This document shows positions 45,237-55,492 of a stretch of 64,000 nucleotides of DNA, one piece after another; within the stretch, counting starts at the first letter, position 1; each line of letters begins with the position of its first letter. Location of the stretch: contig MHWA01000004.1 of assembly GCA_001825335.1 (NCBI GenBank), positions 35,341-99,340 on the forward strand. Direction: 5' to 3'. The stretch is from Candidatus Zambryskibacteria bacterium RIFCSPLOWO2_01_FULL_35_19 (GTDB lineage: Bacteria > Patescibacteriota > Minisyncoccia > Phycocordibacterales > WO2-35-19). The position numbers were made by a program, and so were the translations under genes. The notes under the pieces were generated by a model, which did no database searches, was not told the DNA's origin, and was given only the letters and a program-made list of their open reading frames with translations.

Positions 45237-46121
45237 TTATTTAATTTTCAAACTTTCCCCATCACTCTCAAACACAATTCTTCCATCTTTATCAGTCCTC
45301 AATATTTCAGCTCCAAAATTGTTTAAAATATCCAAAACTTCTTGGCTTGGATGGCCATAGCGATTATCTTTACCCGCTGAAATAACTACATATTCAGGAG
45401 AAACTGCCGTGACAAAATCCGGACTGGTGGAAGTTTTGGAACCATGGTGCCCAGCTTTTAAGACATCACTTTCTAATCCACCCAAAGAAATAAGATAATT
45501 TTCGATTGATTTTGGTGAATCACCAGTAAATAAAAATTCATTTTCCCCATAAACTAACCTCGCTATAATAGAAGAGGTATTAGTTTCCATTCCTGCTGGA
45601 TCTCGGTCTGGAAAAAGAATTTGCAAAACAACCCCATCGCCTAAATCAACTACCATTCCTCTCCTAACCAATATTTTTTTCAAGGGTTCCCCTTTAAAAT
45701 TTCCTAAGGGGACCCCTTGGGATTTTTCTTCAACAATTTTTTCAAGTTCCTTATAAGAAGATGACTCACCAGAAACTCCTGTCTCCATAAAAATATCTAC
45801 TTTATATTTTTGCAAAACATCAGGTATTCCGCCGATATGATCTTGGTCAGCGTGAGTTGCTAAAACCACATCAATAGAACGGTCATAAAAAGGCATTACT
45901 TTACTAAGTTCTCTAAGAACTGATTTGTTTGGGCCACCATCTATAAGTATTTGGCTACCAGAGGGGGCTTCAATAAAAATAGCGTCGCCTTGACCGATAT
46001 TTAAAAAAGCGACAGTCAAAATACCTCTCCTTTCTTCTTTAAAAGCAACATAAATAGAGAAAATGGTTATAAAAAATAAAGTCAGAAAAATAATAAGTTT
46101 AAAAATTGATTTTCTTTCCAT
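45237..46121 (-). CDS. MBL-fold hydrolase, ComEC C-terminal-domain-like (stand-alone)
   Basis: 294 aa; N-terminal TM; GQGDAIFIE...HADQDHIGG. Confidence 0.7.
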   Translation of the reverse strand: MERKSIFKLIIFLTLFFITIFSIYVAFKEERRGILTVAFLNIGQGDAIFIEAPSGSQILIDGGPNKSVLRELSKVMPFYDRSIDVVLATHADQDHIGGIPDVLQKYKVDIFMETGVSGESSSYKELEKIVEEKSQGVPLGNFKGEPLKKILVRRGMVVDLGDGVVLQILFPDRDPAGMETNTSSIIARLVYGENEFLFTGDSPKSIENYLISLGGLESDVLKAGHHGSKTSTSPDFVTAVSPEYVVISAGKDNRYGHPSQEVLDILNNFGAEILRTDKDGRIVFESDGESLKIK

Positions 46122-46198
46122 CCTTTAATGCTAACATTTTTAAAAAAGAGAAGCCCCGCCTCGGCTTAACCGGGCGGGGAGTGAATCGGGTTTTTACT

Positions 46199-46396
46199 TT
46201 AGGAAGACAGAGTCTTTTCAATTTCAACATCCCGCCTAAGAATATGAGCGACATCTTCCAGTAGGGCCGCAATCCTCAGTCTGGTTGTGTTGTGTTCTCC
46301 AGTAAAAAGCTTCAACACTATTTTTCTGGCTTCTTCTGCCTTCTTGTTTTCTTCGCTAAAAGCCTCTTCCGTCAATCTGTAAGGCGATACACACAT
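46199..46396 (-). CDS. hypothetical small protein (65 aa)
   Basis: Followed on the minus strand by a GC-rich hairpin (46152-46185) plus T-run. Confidence 0.3.
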   Translation of the reverse strand: MCVSPYRLTEEAFSEENKKAEEARKIVLKLFTGEHNTTRLRIAALLEDVAHILRRDVEIEKTLSS

Positions 46397-46410
46397 AAAG
46401 ATCTCCTTCT

Positions 46411-47046
46411 ATGCTAAAATTATCTTTATTATCTAATAAAGTCAATATGCAAAAATTTGAAATAAAAGAGTTTAATATTCCAAAATTAAAGGGTATCTCC
46501 GATAAAAACATTGAAGAGCATTTGAAGCTTTATCAAGGTTACGCAAAAAACGCAAATTTAATCTTAGAACACATAGAAGAATTTGCTAAAGATACAGAAA
46601 AATATGCCTATGAGCTCGGCGAAATCCAGAGAAGATTTTCTTTTGAGTTTAATGGTATGAGAAATCATGAGTATTATTTTGCAAGTTTTGAAGATGGCCC
46701 AAAAAATTTAGAGGAAGGAAGTAAATTCAAAAAAGCTATTACAGAAGAGTTTGGTGATTTTGATAAATGGCTTCAAAGATTTAAAGCTATCGCTCTGACT
46801 CGCGGTATTGGCTGGGCAATGCTTTATTGGGATCCAATAACAAAAACTTTGCTAACTCAATGGGTAGACGAACAACATTTGGGACAACTCAATGGTTGCC
46901 AAACTATTTTATCCTTAGATATGTGGGAACATGCTTTCGTCGCAGACTATGAACCCTCCGGTAAAAAACAATACATTGAAGACTTTTTTGAAAATCTAAA
47001 TTGGAAAAAAATTGAGAACAATTTTTTGGTAGCTAGTAGTCAGTAG
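46411..47046 (+). CDS. sodA: Fe/Mn superoxide dismutase
   Basis: Motifs HLKLY, NHEYYF, DMWEHAF; the true start is probably the ATG at 46447 (MQKFEIKEF). Confidence 0.85.
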   Translation: MLKLSLLSNKVNMQKFEIKEFNIPKLKGISDKNIEEHLKLYQGYAKNANLILEHIEEFAKDTEKYAYELGEIQRRFSFEFNGMRNHEYYFASFEDGPKNLEEGSKFKKAITEEFGDFDKWLQRFKAIALTRGIGWAMLYWDPITKTLLTQWVDEQHLGQLNGCQTILSLDMWEHAFVADYEPSGKKQYIEDFFENLNWKKIENNFLVASSQ

Positions 47047-47083
47047 CCAGCATCTAGGAAAAATTAAAAATATCAAATCAAAA

Positions 47084-47103
47084 TGTAGCGATGCATCGCT
47101 ACA
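47084..47103. terminator. perfect 20-nt palindrome between convergent sodA and comEC (bidirectional terminator)
   Basis: TGTAGCGATGCATCGCTACA. Confidence 0.5.
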
Positions 47104-47115
47104 AATATAAAATTA

Positions 47116-48735
47116 TTATGAAAATTTCCTCTCTTTTAATTTTCTATACAAAACTCCATAACCCAAATACCAAACAAGAATAAACCAAAATGAAATAGAA
47201 CCAGTTTGTAAAATAGCAAAAGGAAGATTTGCTCCAAACTCGGTGACACCGATTATTATTTGAGAAATAAAATAAGAAAGCACTCCAACCGGCCAAGAAA
47301 CAATTTGTCCAACGAAAGGCAAGATGCCCAAAGCACCAGTGAGAGCACCAAATGCCATCGCCCAAGGAACTAAAGGTAAGACCAACGGATTGGCTATAAA
47401 AGAAACTATAGAAACAAAGCCAGACATCCTAATAAGTAGTGGTAATACAAAAAACTGGACAGCAATAGTAGCAGAGACTATCTCTCGCAAACCAAATTTT
47501 TCGGGAACAAAATTTAATTTTGAAAAAACAAAAGGTGAAAATAAAATAAGACCAAAAGTTGCCATAAAAGAAAGCTGAAAAGACGGATCATAAAAAAGTA
47601 AAAGAGGATTCCAAAGTAACATCAAAAACCCAGCAATAAAAAGAAATCGTAAAGCATCACTTGGCCGACCTAAAAATCTAGCGAGGATAGCAATGAGAGC
47701 CATAATACTTGCTCTTATAACTGTAGCTCCCAAACCAACCATAATAGAAAACAAAATAATAAAAATGGCGCTTAATATAAAACTAAGATTTCTCTTACCT
47801 AAAAAAGAGGTCAGATAAAAAATACCAATAGCGATGATGGTAATATTGTATCCAGACAAAACAACAATGTGAATGAGCCCCACTTTTCTAAAATCATCTA
47901 AAAGCTCTGCACCTAAAGATTGCTTCACTCCAAAAATAAGTCCACCTAAAAGCGACGAGTTTGGTTCAGGTACTACAGCGCTAATTTTTTCTATAAAAAT
48001 TTTTTTTAGCAAGTAGAGTGTCGCGACTATTTTTCTTGCCCCGCGAAGTTCTGTGGAACTGGACGAAGTGGGGTATAATTCTGGCCGATAAATAATAAAA
48101 TGTATTTTGTCTTTTGATAAATATGAAATGTAATCAAATTCTGTTCCACTCTCACTTAAAAAATTTTTAGGCAACTCTAATTTTCCAGAAACGCTTATCT
48201 TATCTCCATACTCAAGCTCGGGGAAGCGATCCGCGACCAACAAAATGAGTGAATTTGAATTCTTATTCGGGAGATCCTCTGTAATGCACGGATAAAATTC
48301 TGCTGAATTTTTCCTCGTGCTCGCTCCGTCGAGCCTCGCAAGGCATTCCAGAGAATCTCCACTCAACGAATTCAAATTAACTGAAACGATGTAACGGGTA
48401 GAGGCATCTCGAATATCAGCTTCTTCAGATACGACAGCTTCAAAAGAAATTTTTTGTCCAACATGCTCGAGCAGATTAGAGTCTGGAGAAATATCTACCA
48501 CCGCCATTCTCAAAGTTCCCAAACAAAAAGCCAGACCGATTATTAAAAATAATCTTGAGATATTTAAGGGCAACCCTTCCGAAACAATCCTCAAGGGTTG
48601 CCCTTGAGAACGAAAAGAAAAAACAAACAAAACCAAAGAAACTACAAAAACCAAAACTCCCGCGCTCCAACCCAAACCAAAAATTTCTTCAAAGGCGATC
48701 CCTAATGCAAATGAAACGACTGATGGATATATCAT
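47116..48735 (-). CDS. comEC: ComEC/Rec2 competence-channel membrane domain protein (no MBL domain)
   Basis: 539 aa; Competence-domain motif GLIHIVVLSGYNITIIAIG; polytopic. Confidence 0.75.
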   Translation of the reverse strand: MIYPSVVSFALGIAFEEIFGLGWSAGVLVFVVSLVLFVFSFRSQGQPLRIVSEGLPLNISRLFLIIGLAFCLGTLRMAVVDISPDSNLLEHVGQKISFEAVVSEEADIRDASTRYIVSVNLNSLSGDSLECLARLDGASTRKNSAEFYPCITEDLPNKNSNSLILLVADRFPELEYGDKISVSGKLELPKNFLSESGTEFDYISYLSKDKIHFIIYRPELYPTSSSSTELRGARKIVATLYLLKKIFIEKISAVVPEPNSSLLGGLIFGVKQSLGAELLDDFRKVGLIHIVVLSGYNITIIAIGIFYLTSFLGKRNLSFILSAIFIILFSIMVGLGATVIRASIMALIAILARFLGRPSDALRFLFIAGFLMLLWNPLLLFYDPSFQLSFMATFGLILFSPFVFSKLNFVPEKFGLREIVSATIAVQFFVLPLLIRMSGFVSIVSFIANPLVLPLVPWAMAFGALTGALGILPFVGQIVSWPVGVLSYFISQIIIGVTEFGANLPFAILQTGSISFWFILVWYLGYGVLYRKLKERKFS

Positions 48736-48746
48736 AAATAAAAAAG

Positions 48747-48806
48747 AAATAATATTGTTTTGGAGAGCATTGACCCTTATGACCTAACGAGAAAACAGTA
48801 TTATTT
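48747..48806 (+). repeat. hairpin element with conserved loop (family copy 1)
   Basis: Stem AAATAATATTGTTTT/AAAACAGTATTATTT; loop GGAGAGCATTGACCCTTATGACCTAACGAG. Confidence 0.55.
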
Positions 48807-48811
48807 CTTTT

Positions 48812-49297
48812 TTATTCTTGGTGAAACGCTTTATAATCTAACAGATTTCCTTCAAACAGTTTCATCTGCTTTCCGTTAGCAAGACTTTGAGCTATCTCAT
48901 CACATCTCTCATTTAAAGTATGACCAGAATGTCCCAAGACTTTTTTCCATTCTACTTTTCTTTTTTCTGTTTCTCGCCAAAGCTCTTGCCACAAATCTTT
49001 ATTCAAAACTTCTTTTTTATCTTTAGTGCGCCAATTATTTTTCTGCCAACCTAAAATCCAAATAGTAATACCCTTCATCAAATATTCTGAATCAGTGTGT
49101 AATTTTGCTTCTGCTCCTTCCGGCAAAATTTTTAGAGCTTCAATAGCAGCTCTCATTTCCATCCGATTGTTGGTAGTATTTTCTTCATTACCTCCAATCT
49201 CTAAAACTTTTTCTTCATCAAAAATAATCGCGCCCCACCCTCCCTGTCCCGGATTTCCTTTTGATGACCCATCTGTATAAATTTCTACAAAACTCAT
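48812..49297 (-). CDS. rnhA: ribonuclease HI
   Basis: 161 aa; IYTDGSSKGNPG...HTDSEY. Confidence 0.85.
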   Translation of the reverse strand: MSFVEIYTDGSSKGNPGQGGWGAIIFDEEKVLEIGGNEENTTNNRMEMRAAIEALKILPEGAEAKLHTDSEYLMKGITIWILGWQKNNWRTKDKKEVLNKDLWQELWRETEKRKVEWKKVLGHSGHTLNERCDEIAQSLANGKQMKLFEGNLLDYKAFHQE

Positions 49298-49331
49298 AAA
49301 ATAATTTTAGCATAAATAATTCATCTTAAAT

Positions 49332-49403
49332 AAAAACAAAAATTACTATTCCAAGAGCATTATCCTTGCTGGCCTAACGCAGGAATAGTAATTTTTTGTT
49401 TTT
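49332..49403 (+). repeat. hairpin element with conserved loop (family copy 2)
   Basis: 21-bp stem AAAAACAAAAATTACTATTCC/GGAATAGTAATTTTTTGTTTTT; loop AAGAGCATTATCCTTGCTGGCCTAACGCA. Confidence 0.6.
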
Positions 49404-49407
49404 ATTT

Positions 49408-51135
49408 CTAAAAAAAATCCACAATCCTTAAACGGATTTCGGAGGAGCCATTGAAGAAAGATTTTTCAATATTGGCTACCAAGTTTGTTTTGATACCTTC
49501 TTTCAAAAAATCTCCAAACTGATCAGGTGAAGCAAAAAAAGAAATGCCTCTGACTTTGTTTGTGCCATCTACAAAATTAATAGAGAGGTGTTCCTTCGCT
49601 TTGCCAAACCTATTTATTTTCTCTGGTATGATATCTTTAAAAATAAAAATTGGTTTTTCATTACCTATCCCAAAAGGCGCCAAACCATTTATCTCTGCCA
49701 CAGATTTTTCTGAAATATCTTTTAAATTTAATTCTGCGTCAACTTCTATTTCTTCTTCTTTTTTTATCACATAAGTACAAGCTTCAACTAAAGCATCTTC
49801 AAGGGTGTGGATTTTTTCAAAATCAACTTCAAAACCACCAGACATTTTGTGCCCTCCAAATGAAGTAAAGGCACCGTCTACTCTTTCCATCAATGCCACC
49901 AAATCTGTCACCCCTTCCGAACGGCAAGAACCTTTTATCACTCCCTCCCCTTCTCTACCCCACAAAAAAACTGGTAAATTATATTCTTTCACTATTGAAT
50001 TGGCCACCAAGCCCAAAAGAGCCGGTCGCCAATCTGGATCACCCAAGACAATAACAGATTTTGCCCCCAAGTTTTCAAATTTTTCTTTTACTTTTTTCTT
50101 AGCCTCTTTGACAATGTTAGTCACTGCCACTTTTCTATCTTTATTTATGTTGTCTAAATGTTTAGCATAAATCCCCGCTTCTTCTTCATTATTGGCGGTC
50201 AAAAGTTTAAAAGCATCAAGAGGCAAGCCCATCCGACTAGCCGCATTGATACGAGGAGTAATCATAAAAGTAACATCATCTTCAGTCAGATTATTTTTAT
50301 TTATTCGCAAAATAGAAAGAAGTTTAGAAAAACCCGGACGCTTCCCTTTTCGTAAAACAGAAAGTCCAAAATGAGCCAAAGCCCTATTTTCTCCAGTAAG
50401 TGGCACCATATCAGAAAGAGTAGCCAATCCCACAAGATCTAGAAGCCATTTCTCCTGACCCTCTTTCAATAAATCTCTTTTTGTTTGAAGGATACCTTCA
50501 ATTATTTTCCAAACAACTCCAGTACCGCAAAGTATTTGCTCTGGATATTTATTATCTTTTCTTTTTGGATTTACAATAGCAAAAGCTTTTGGTAACTCAT
50601 CAGATGGTTCATGATGGTCGGTTATAACAACTTCCATTCCAAGTTTATTCGCTTCTTCAACATACTGATTGTCTCTGATACCACAATCAATAGTAATCAA
50701 AAGTTTAGTTTTTTTGTCGGCAATCTCTTTGATACCTTCCAAATTCAAACCATATCCTTCTATTCGCCTATTTGGAATATAATTTTCAAAATTGTTAAAA
50801 CCAATTAGTTTAAAGAAATCATGAAGGAGAGCTCCGCCAGGAATACCGTCAGCATCATAGTCGCTCCAGATGGTTATCTTTTCATCATTTTCAATAGCTT
50901 TTAAAATCCTCTCTACCACTTTTTTCATATCAGGTAAAAGGAAGGGGTCGTGCAAATGTTTTTCAAAATCTGGTTTCAAAAACCTCTCTGCTTCCTTTTT
51001 TGTTTTAATATCTCTGTTATATAAAAGTTGAGTAATTAGAGGACTAAAATCTTTAAGTTCTTCCTCCGCCTCTTTGCTCACTTTTCCCTTCAGATTGTAT
51101 TTAGTAGACATACCAGACATCATAACACACCTCAC
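49408..51135 (-). CDS. recJ: single-stranded-DNA-specific exonuclease RecJ
   Basis: 575 aa; DHH motifs (ITIWSDYDADGI, ITDHHEP), DHHA1 domain. Confidence 0.85.
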   Translation of the reverse strand: MRCVMMSGMSTKYNLKGKVSKEAEEELKDFSPLITQLLYNRDIKTKKEAERFLKPDFEKHLHDPFLLPDMKKVVERILKAIENDEKITIWSDYDADGIPGGALLHDFFKLIGFNNFENYIPNRRIEGYGLNLEGIKEIADKKTKLLITIDCGIRDNQYVEEANKLGMEVVITDHHEPSDELPKAFAIVNPKRKDNKYPEQILCGTGVVWKIIEGILQTKRDLLKEGQEKWLLDLVGLATLSDMVPLTGENRALAHFGLSVLRKGKRPGFSKLLSILRINKNNLTEDDVTFMITPRINAASRMGLPLDAFKLLTANNEEEAGIYAKHLDNINKDRKVAVTNIVKEAKKKVKEKFENLGAKSVIVLGDPDWRPALLGLVANSIVKEYNLPVFLWGREGEGVIKGSCRSEGVTDLVALMERVDGAFTSFGGHKMSGGFEVDFEKIHTLEDALVEACTYVIKKEEEIEVDAELNLKDISEKSVAEINGLAPFGIGNEKPIFIFKDIIPEKINRFGKAKEHLSINFVDGTNKVRGISFFASPDQFGDFLKEGIKTNLVANIEKSFFNGSSEIRLRIVDFF

Positions 51136-51177
51136 CCCTCACTTTGTGTAGCCCTCTCCTTACTAAGGAGAGGGAAG

Positions 51178-51250
51178 AAAAAATAAAAACTACTGTTCCA
51201 AGAGCCTTACCCTTATGACTTAACGCAGGAACAGTATGTTTTTGTTTTTT
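51178..51250 (+). repeat. hairpin element with conserved loop (family copy 3)
   Basis: Stem ...ACTACTGTTCC/GGAACAGTA...; loop AAGAGCCTTACCCTTATGACTTAACGCA. An 11-bp GC hairpin (51153-51175) precedes it. Confidence 0.55.
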
Positions 51251-51273
51251 CTTTTAGCGGTTATAATAAGATT

Positions 51274-51720
51274 ATGCATAACTGTATTTTTTGTAAAATA
51301 GTAAAAAAAGAAATACCGGCTCATATTGTTTATGAGGATGATGATTTTATGGCTTTCCTCGATATAAACCCCCTTTCTCCCGGACATTGTATGATTATTC
51401 CCAAAAAACACTACCGATGGGTTTGGGATGTGCCGTCCCGCTTCCGAAATTGTCCTAATGTTGAAAGCAATCTCCAAAACACTGGTCCCAATATTTCAGA
51501 CTATTTTGAAGTTGCTAGAAAAGTGGCCAAGGCCCAAATGAAAGCCTTTGATACAGATTGGATACTTTCAAAAATAGTAGGTGAGGATGTCCCTCACGCT
51601 CACATTTGGATTTACCCCAACAATAAAACAAAAGGTGACCCCCCTTCGCAAGGCTTCGGCGGGGCAAGCAAAAAGGATTTTGAAGGAAATACAGAGAAAA
51701 TAAAAACAAACCTAAAATAG
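51274..51720 (+). CDS. HIT-family (histidine triad) hydrolase
   Basis: 148 aa; CIFCKI...HAHIWIYP. Confidence 0.8.
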   Translation: MHNCIFCKIVKKEIPAHIVYEDDDFMAFLDINPLSPGHCMIIPKKHYRWVWDVPSRFRNCPNVESNLQNTGPNISDYFEVARKVAKAQMKAFDTDWILSKIVGEDVPHAHIWIYPNNKTKGDPPSQGFGGASKKDFEGNTEKIKTNLK

Positions 51721-51818
51721 TTCTTGAGCGTGCCTTGCGCAGGCTGACGAGTCGAGCAGAGCAATTTTCTAACAAGAAAATTGTGTGCTAAGCGAAAGAA
51801 GCTATTTTAGTTTTGTTT

Positions 51819-52844
51819 TTATGAATTTAACACTTCAATTCCCGGCAAAGTACCATTAGCTAGAAAATCGAGCATAGCTCCACCAGCAGTAGAAATAAAA
51901 CCATGTGTGATAATTTCATTTTTAACATCTCTATTGACAGTAGCTAAGGTGTCTCCCCCGCCAACTATCACTTTAGCTTTTGATTCGGACAATACCCTAG
52001 CCAAAGCAGTCGTGCCAGCGATAAAACCTTTTTCATAATTACCTAAAGGTCCATTCCATAAAATAAATCTGGCATCCACTATTTTTTCTTTCAAAACTTC
52101 TAAAGTTTCTGGATTAGCATCTAACGCATTTATGTCCCCTTCCGGTAAAATAATTTTAGGATTTTCTGATGCTAAAGATGTGGCATAAGGAGCCATAGCC
52201 CCACCAATAAAAATATGGTCGGCAATATTCAAAAACTTTTCTACCAAAGGAAGTTTGGTTTCAAATTTGGCTCCACCTAATATAACCAAAAATGGATGTT
52301 CCGGATCAAAAGATTCTGATAAATTTTGATATTCTTCTAAAAATCTAAATCCAGCAAAAGAAGGTATTAGTTTTGGCACTCCAACAATAGAAGTGTGTTT
52401 GCGGTGTGAAGCCGAAAAAGCTTCATTAACATAAATATCAGCAAAATTTGCAAGTTGTCTTGCGAAAGTCGGGTCATTTTCTTTTTCCATCCAAAATCTC
52501 AAGTTTTCTAAAACAGCTATTTCACCACTTCTCAAATCTTCCAAAGCGGTCTTACCATCCACCGCCGATTTGTTCCAAGGATCTTTAACAAACCTCATCC
52601 TCCTATTTGGGAAAAACTTTTCTGCCTGCTTAAACACTTTTTCAAGAGAATTAGTCCCATCACCCAAATGGCTCATTATTATTACCTTAGCTCCTTTCTC
52701 TAAACAAAAATTAATTGTCTTAACACTAGCTTCAATCCGAGAAGTGTCCAAAACCTCCCCTTCTTTATCTAAAGGCAAATTCCAATCTGTCCTTATTAAG
52801 ACTATCGTTCCTTCTATTATTTCTGCCTGTTCTATTGATTTCAT
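51819..52844 (-). CDS. pgk: phosphoglycerate kinase (short form)
   Basis: 341 aa; RTDWNLPLD N-domain and the GGGDTLA C-domain pattern. Confidence 0.8.
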   Translation of the reverse strand: MKSIEQAEIIEGTIVLIRTDWNLPLDKEGEVLDTSRIEASVKTINFCLEKGAKVIIMSHLGDGTNSLEKVFKQAEKFFPNRRMRFVKDPWNKSAVDGKTALEDLRSGEIAVLENLRFWMEKENDPTFARQLANFADIYVNEAFSASHRKHTSIVGVPKLIPSFAGFRFLEEYQNLSESFDPEHPFLVILGGAKFETKLPLVEKFLNIADHIFIGGAMAPYATSLASENPKIILPEGDINALDANPETLEVLKEKIVDARFILWNGPLGNYEKGFIAGTTALARVLSESKAKVIVGGGDTLATVNRDVKNEIITHGFISTAGGAMLDFLANGTLPGIEVLNS

Positions 52845-52847
52845 ATT

Positions 52848-53618
52848 TTATTTTTTCACATCCGCTGTTTGTAGAATCTCTTTAAATTCTTCAGGTTTGA
52901 GAGAGGCATGACCAACAAGAAAACCTTCAACATTGCCTATTTCTAATATTTCTAAAGCATTTTGAGATTCTACCGAACCACCGTAAAGAATTTTAGCAGA
53001 ATTAGCGATATCTCTTCCACATATTTCAGCCAATACTTTCCTTATATATAAAACAATAACGTGAATATCGGTCGGACTCATTGCTTCTTTGTATGATTTA
53101 CCGATCGCCCAAATTGGCTCGTAAGCAATAATGATGCCGACTAAATATTTTTTGTGTAAATCAGCCAAACATTCTTTTATTTGATTTTTTATAAAAGCAA
53201 GATGAGTGCCCTCTTTATCTCTTTCTTTTTCTCCTATACATAAAATTGGCGTAAGACCAGTATTAAATGTGATTTGAAGCTTTTTTCTTACTATTTCATT
53301 ACTCTCGCCCATCGCTCTTCTTTCTGAATGACCAACGATAACAAACTTAGCACTCAAATTTTTTATCATTTCCACACTAATTTCACCCGTAAAAGCTCCT
53401 TTAATTTCAGTGGAAGCATTTTGAGCTCCCAAAAACATATTTTTAGGATAAATCACTTTTGAAAGAGGAAAAATAAAGGAAAAAGGTGGGCAAACGACGA
53501 CATCAGTATTTTTAAGACCTTTGGCTGCTAATCTGGCTCCATTAAAGACTTTTTTAGCTTCCTCCAATGTCTCTGGATTCATTTTCCAGTTTGCTACTAC
53601 TATGTTACGTTTTTTCAT
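52848..53618 (-). CDS. tpiA: triosephosphate isomerase
   Basis: 256 aa; VVANWKMN, IILAYEPIWAIG. Confidence 0.85.
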   Translation of the reverse strand: MKKRNIVVANWKMNPETLEEAKKVFNGARLAAKGLKNTDVVVCPPFSFIFPLSKVIYPKNMFLGAQNASTEIKGAFTGEISVEMIKNLSAKFVIVGHSERRAMGESNEIVRKKLQITFNTGLTPILCIGEKERDKEGTHLAFIKNQIKECLADLHKKYLVGIIIAYEPIWAIGKSYKEAMSPTDIHVIVLYIRKVLAEICGRDIANSAKILYGGSVESQNALEILEIGNVEGFLVGHASLKPEEFKEILQTADVKK

Positions 53619-53632
53619 ATTTAAATTATAGC

Positions 53633-53710
53633 AAAAAATTACTGAAACATCATTTCAAGAGCATTATCCTTTTGACCTAACACAGAAATGATGTTTCAGT
53701 AATTTTTATT
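53633..53710 (+). repeat. hairpin element with conserved loop (family copy 4)
   Basis: Stem AAAAAATTACTGAAACATCATTTC/GAAATGATGTTTCAGTAATTTTT; loop AAGAGCATTATCCTTTTGACCTAACACA. Confidence 0.55.
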
Positions 53711-54948
53711 TATATTTCCCTCCAACCAACAATATCAAAACCTCCCCCCGGACCACTGATGAAATTAACATTAACTAAACCAATATCATAATCAATAGTA
53801 GCCCCATTATCCAATTCTACACTCTTAGCTGATACTGATTTAGCCCCAGCATTATTTGAAAATTTTACTTTACCTTTTTGAGCATTCAAAATGACTGCCC
53901 CAGCATTATTATCAATTTCTATAGCATTACCAGTATAAGTTGATACAAGCATCACATAACTACCAGCCGTCCCTGATCCTTGAAAAACAGAATTATTTGA
54001 TACTTTTATCTCATTATCTGAAATAAGTATTCCGCTACCACTACCATAAGAACTAGAAAGTTTAATCAGAGAACCGTTAGAGGTATCTATTTTCCCAGTG
54101 ACCCACACCGTTCCATTTATGGTAAGTCGGTAATTATTAGTCATTGTTAAATTACCTACTATTTTAACAGGACCAAGAGAAGAGCTTGAACTACTCAAAG
54201 AAACATTGCCGTTTATCACTCCTCCAGCTTCGGCTATCGCCTTCCAATTATCTATATCTTCATCTGAAACTGGAAAATCTTGAACAGGAGGATCGGGCAA
54301 AGAAGTATCACACGATTTGTTGTTACCACTACCAGTCTGGCAATATAAATTACCTGTAATATTACTGTTTGTAACTCTATTTGCATAAGCATCTCCTCCA
54401 GAAGTGCCTATATCTACATTATCTATAAAACCAAAATTAGAAACATAAGCAGAGCCGGTTATTCTAGATCCATTTGAACCTTCAATTTTATTATTTGAAT
54501 AAACATTTCCATTAACCCTAGAATTATTAGACATCTCTATGCCCCCAGTACCAACCTGAAGACCATAATGAAAGGAAACTCCTTCACCCAAAATAACAGT
54601 AGTTTTGATTTTCCTAAAATAATCATTGGCTTCTCCAATAGAAGTGATGGTTTTACCTCCAGACTCATCTACAACGGTCGTGGTCACACTATGGTTTCCA
54701 ACATTTAAAATTTGAGAAGTGGCTACTGGTAAACCCGCTTTCAAACGATAAACAACATCTTCAATTCCAGCTTCAGCCGCATAAAAACTTTCCTTTGAAA
54801 CAGCGATAGACGTGGCCATAGAAATATGACTGATTATCGGATTAGTTAATCCTAATATGATAATAGTGGTAATAGAAATAAAAAATATAACCATAGTGAC
54901 CATCACTTGGCCTTTTTCTTTTATTTGTTTATTTAAAAATAAAAACAT
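53710..54948 (-). CDS. hypothetical pilus-associated protein (412 aa, N-terminal TM)
   Basis: First gene of the pilin cluster; a Gly/Ser/Asn-rich beta-like repeat region. Confidence 0.35.
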   Translation of the reverse strand: MFLFLNKQIKEKGQVMVTMVIFFISITTIIILGLTNPIISHISMATSIAVSKESFYAAEAGIEDVVYRLKAGLPVATSQILNVGNHSVTTTVVDESGGKTITSIGEANDYFRKIKTTVILGEGVSFHYGLQVGTGGIEMSNNSRVNGNVYSNNKIEGSNGSRITGSAYVSNFGFIDNVDIGTSGGDAYANRVTNSNITGNLYCQTGSGNNKSCDTSLPDPPVQDFPVSDEDIDNWKAIAEAGGVINGNVSLSSSSSSLGPVKIVGNLTMTNNYRLTINGTVWVTGKIDTSNGSLIKLSSSYGSGSGILISDNEIKVSNNSVFQGSGTAGSYVMLVSTYTGNAIEIDNNAGAVILNAQKGKVKFSNNAGAKSVSAKSVELDNGATIDYDIGLVNVNFISGPGGGFDIVGWREI

Positions 54949-54958
54949 AAATTATTTT

Positions 54959-55492
54959 TTAATATGACCCACGAAGCACAGCAAATCCATAAAAATGTTT
55001 ACTTTTTGAAACAGCTCCAATAGTGCCAGAAACTTCTAATTCAATCCGCACCCCTTCAGAATTAGCATTTGAAACATACGTAAAAATTAAATTACTAACC
55101 TCCACAGAAGAAGTAAGAGCTGTCGGAGTAGCACTATTTTTAGAAATTAAAATACTACCAGAAGTTCCGTCATAAATAACATCATAAACATTAAGGAATT
55201 CATCAATACCGGACAATTTTAAAACACCAGGACTCGTCCCCAAAACACTGCTACCGACAACCACACTTTTTGCATTGCGAATATCTCTAAGCATACTCTC
55301 CATTGCAATAGCTCCAGAACTTTCAAGCTCACGAGTCAGTTTAATATTTTTATAAACTCCACCCATAGAAACAAGAGTCTGAACAACCACCCCCATTATT
55401 AATATGAGTAATGTTATATATAAAACAGTCTCTATCAAAGAGATACCACGATTATTTATATGCTTTTTAATTGTCAAAAATATTGCTAACAT
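54959..55492 (-). CDS. type IV pilin / pseudopilin
   Basis: The prepilin leader ends NRG|ISLIETVLYITLLIL. Confidence 0.55.
   Translation of the reverse strand: MLAIFLTIKKHINNRGISLIETVLYITLLILIMGVVVQTLVSMGGVYKNIKLTRELESSGAIAMESMLRDIRNAKSVVVGSSVLGTSPGVLKLSGIDEFLNVYDVIYDGTSGSILISKNSATPTALTSSVEVSNLIFTYVSNANSEGVRIELEVSGTIGAVSKSKHFYGFAVLRGSY

Noticed and set aside
51220-51775. Reverse ORFs 51220..51477 and 51515..51775
   Set aside because: They are antisense to the HIT gene and to the hairpin-family element; no motifs.
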